Source: Mytilus californianus (taxonomy: Eukaryota). Taken from it: 64,000 bases of DNA. Below the pieces are notes generated by a model. It was not told where the DNA came from. It made no database searches and saw only the letters and a list, made by a program, of their open reading frames with translations. A program made the translations under genes and the position numbers. The stretch spans positions 14,508,001-14,572,000 of the forward strand of contig NW_026262593.1 in the NCBI RefSeq assembly GCF_021869535.1. Reading direction: 5' to 3'. Below, in pieces: positions 61,180-64,000 of the stretch (position 1 is the first letter of the stretch; the number at the start of each line of letters is the position of its first letter).

Positions 61180-61502
61180 TCATCTATGAAACCGGTAAGC
61201 CGCCTGTCGCCTTGGAAATCGGTAAGATTGTCGTCCAGGAAATCTATACGACTGACGCCTAGGATAATGATGTCTTTTACTACCTGGACATGCCTGTTGA
61301 ATTGATCCTACTTTGTCACACTCGGAACAAACTGTGCAGTTTTGACAGCATCCACATTGAGGTGGTGAATTGCATTCAAAGGGTTCGTCAGCAGGACCTG
61401 CAAAATATATTTATTTTTGTGATATGTAATTTTTATCGTTTTTTATTCTCATATTTTTTCCCGTCTTGACATACGTCAATTCGCCGTCTTCATGACGTAA
61501 AC

Positions 61503-61543
<41 letters not shown>

Positions 61544-61897
61544 CCACTCCCTCCTCCTCCTCATCATCATCCTCATCATCTTCATCATCACCATTTGTAG
61601 TCAAATACTAAATTAATTCTAAAGGAAACCATCACACATTGTTAAAGTTATTACCAGCAGATTTATTTGCTAATATGTATAGTGTCAAAGTCAGCCATAA
61701 AATTTTATCTTATAGCTTTGTTTTTTTTATATATTCACGTTCATTAGGTTCTGGACAAATTTTTAAAATTATTTACATTTTATGAGGTGAAAGGAATGCA
61801 TCAGTTGTCTGAAATAATGTATTAATCTACACACTATTTCTTTTTCATTTTACAAAAACTATATAAAGTTAATCGTACTTACGTGGAAATCCGGCTT
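61180..61897 (-). CDS. 3' part of a small, probably secreted Cys-rich precursor (15-nt microexon plus terminal exon); 5' exon unresolved
   Basis: Microexon 61897-61883 (acceptor TTTTGTACTCTTACAG, donor GTAAGT, phase 1-1) and terminal exon 61397-61180 (acceptor ATATTTTGCAG), with AATAAA 17 nt after TGA. Peptide: (E)AGFPRPADEPFECNSPPQCGCCQNCTVCSECDKVGSIQQACPGSKRHHYPRRQSYRFPGRQSYRFPRRQAAYRFHR*. Confidence 0.75.
61503..61592. repeat. Compound microsatellite (AAT)n followed by (CCT)/(CAT)n
   Basis: Direct reading; lies in the intron between the two exons above. Confidence 0.95.
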
Positions 61898-63001
61898 CTG
61901 TAAGAGTACAAAATATGATTATAGATAATGTACATTACTTTTCAATTGTAAAATATGATTAAGTAACATAGTTACATAAAGACGATCTATATTTAGCAGT
62001 AGGCTTAACATGTTTAATACTCAGTAACCTGTCTAATACTATGTGTGCATCAATGGTATTTCCTACAGATAGATGTTGAACCGGATCAGGTAGAAAGATT
62101 TCGGATGTGCTGAATTAAAGTACATGAATATTTATATGACTCCATTTTGGAGAACCAGTCAATGAAACCAGCACCGAATAAAAGCACACACACACATAAA
62201 GCAGCACCAACGAAAATTTTAGAGTCCAAATATTATGATACATTGACACTTACCTGAAGAATTAAGAAATAACAGTTCAAGAAAGGCTTTTATCTTGAAT
62301 CGATCATCCATGCTTTTCATTTTCAGGACAAAAACTAATATTTTGAATAGATTGATAAGAATATAACATGTATCAGACTGAATATAAACATTTTGCAAAC
62401 TAACAAACTGAATTAATGGAACAATACTTAAAAATAGGTAAAACAATAGCACAACATCACTGTGTCGAATGTGTTGTTGGTGGTATATACTTTTAAAATA
62501 CAATATGTTATTCTGAAAACATGAAGAGCAAATTAAAATATCGTAACTTTCCCAACTGTAAATACATTGATTTTTATTGGAATAATTTTTTTATATGCCT
62601 TAATGTTGGTTTTACCTGATGTTTTATTTCATTTTTTCAGAACTTGCTATTCTATAGAAAATCGATTTCCTGTATTATACAATTAAAGCCTTTGTATGAG
62701 GTCGATACGAGTTTATATCGACCTGAGAGAAGCATATTGACTGAGGACTAAGGCTACAATTGTTATGTTATTAATCAACAACTATTGCATGATCAATGTA
62801 AAATTGGGGATTTATAGAATGTATATTTAGTAACTTGCTTTATGCCTTTTGCAATATGCTGTTTTTGACCTACGAAAAGCTATTTGCGTGCAAACTGAGT
62901 AAATACAAATGTACATGTGATCAAGTTTTAACGAATCACAAATTCTTAAAAATATTCGATTAATAATATACATTTTTGTACTTGTATATTGATCTTCTTA
63001 C

Positions 63002-63088
63002 CTACACCAAGTAACTTTACATCAGGGGATCCGCATATTTCACATATATCTTTGAATGCATCAGTTTTGTTTTCAATATTCCTAACCG
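63002..63088 (-). CDS. Candidate internal phase 1-1 exon, gene unknown
   Basis: Acceptor CTTCATATGTTACAG and donor TAG|GTAAGA. The only open frame reads xVRNIENKTDAFKDICEICGSPDVKLLGV. It is phase-compatible with the 61897 microexon, but linkage is unproven. Confidence 0.3.
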
Positions 63089-64000
63089 CTGTAACATATG
63101 AAGTAATGAATGAATTGTTTTTTTCAAAGTACTATAGTACTTGAAATCTTAGATTTTACATACATGTAATACAAGCATCATGTACATCAATATCTGCGTA
63201 TTAAGTAGTATTGAGTGCAACTTAACAAATGTTTTTGAAATTTTTATAGATAAAATATAGCAAAATCATGTAAATCATAGTTTTATCTGTATAAGTATGA
63301 TTTGTGTGGGCTGACTGGTTCGCCCGTTTCGCTACCTTGTTTCACTCTTCAATTTGGACATTCTTTTCTTTTGATAACTTGATATGCTTGGCACATACGC
63401 AACATATCTCCAATAAAAGGGCAAATTAAAAGTTGTATGCATAAGAACCCACAACCTGGTTGAATTATTGTGTTGCAAGACAAAAATTATATATCAGGGA
63501 TGTTCAAAAGCCTATTTTTTACAAAATTTAACACAACTGTCTGTTAATAGCGAATAATTATTTCAAAACTCCGCGTTTAGGAATATTTGAAACACTGAAA
63601 ATCATACGTTAAATGTTTGTCTAAATGGACTTTTATGTCCCTTTCATTGGATTTATGCCATAACAAATATATAAGGAGATAGAACAAAACTTAAAGATGA
63701 ATGACATTTCTAACGTGTTGAAAGTAAATTTATGTTTAAAACGCGTTTAAATGTGCATCAGAAAATTTATCATTTTAAATGTAGCGGATGCAATTTAGAA
63801 TACATTGACCAATCATGACAAAAATTACAAGAAGATTTACATGTCAGCAGTAAATTATCCGACATCCAGAAATTTGTATAATGAACATTAGAACACTTGG
63901 ATTTATGCGCAGCAAATACGTTTTAAAAAAACTGTATTTTCCCATTCTATCAAATTGACGACCTAGTTACTGAAAAATACACGAATAAAAAAAAAAGAAA

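Noticed and set aside
62140-62243. Hydrophobic frames (MYHNIWTLKFSLVLLYVCVC… and DSKIFVGAALCVCVLLFGA…) as the signal exon of the Cys-rich precursor
   Set aside because: Both need weak GTTCTC or GTTTCA donors, one lacks an ATG, and the (GT)n tract yields hydrophobic translations in any frame. Left unresolved.

Overview
AT-rich, intron- and repeat-rich animal genomic DNA. The interspersed repeat families and gene types suggest a bivalve, probably Mytilus (inference). The ORF track misses most genes because they are spliced. By reading splice sites and exon phases by hand I reconstruct five genes: (1) a 7-exon WFDC1/ps20-like secreted WAP protein on + (1980-16164) with an extra 4-Cys C-terminal module; (2) a 5-exon, 154-aa gene on - (19322-25792) that I cannot assign to a family, carrying a Cys-Cys/polybasic anchor, an RVxF motif and an AKAP-like helix; (3) a RING-less TRIM-like B-box/coiled-coil/beta-propeller gene with a single coding exon on - (30502-32262); (4) a 3-coding-exon type II carbohydrate sulfotransferase on - (40766-46616); (5) the 3' part of a small 8-Cys precursor with a repeated RQSYRFP tail on - (61180-61897). 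Mobile DNA includes a 7.5-kb element with long TIRs and an intact 9-bp TSD whose cargo is a 6.9-kb dimeric satellite with higher-order repeats (50776-58293), a second 9-bp-TSD TIR element, a complete 1.6-kb non-coding LTR element (204-bp LTRs, PBS, PPT, 4-bp TSD), several MITEs, LINE, Penelope-like and SINE remnants, a 61-bp minisatellite derived from a dispersed repeat, and local tandem and inverted duplications. All gene models are manual and untested.
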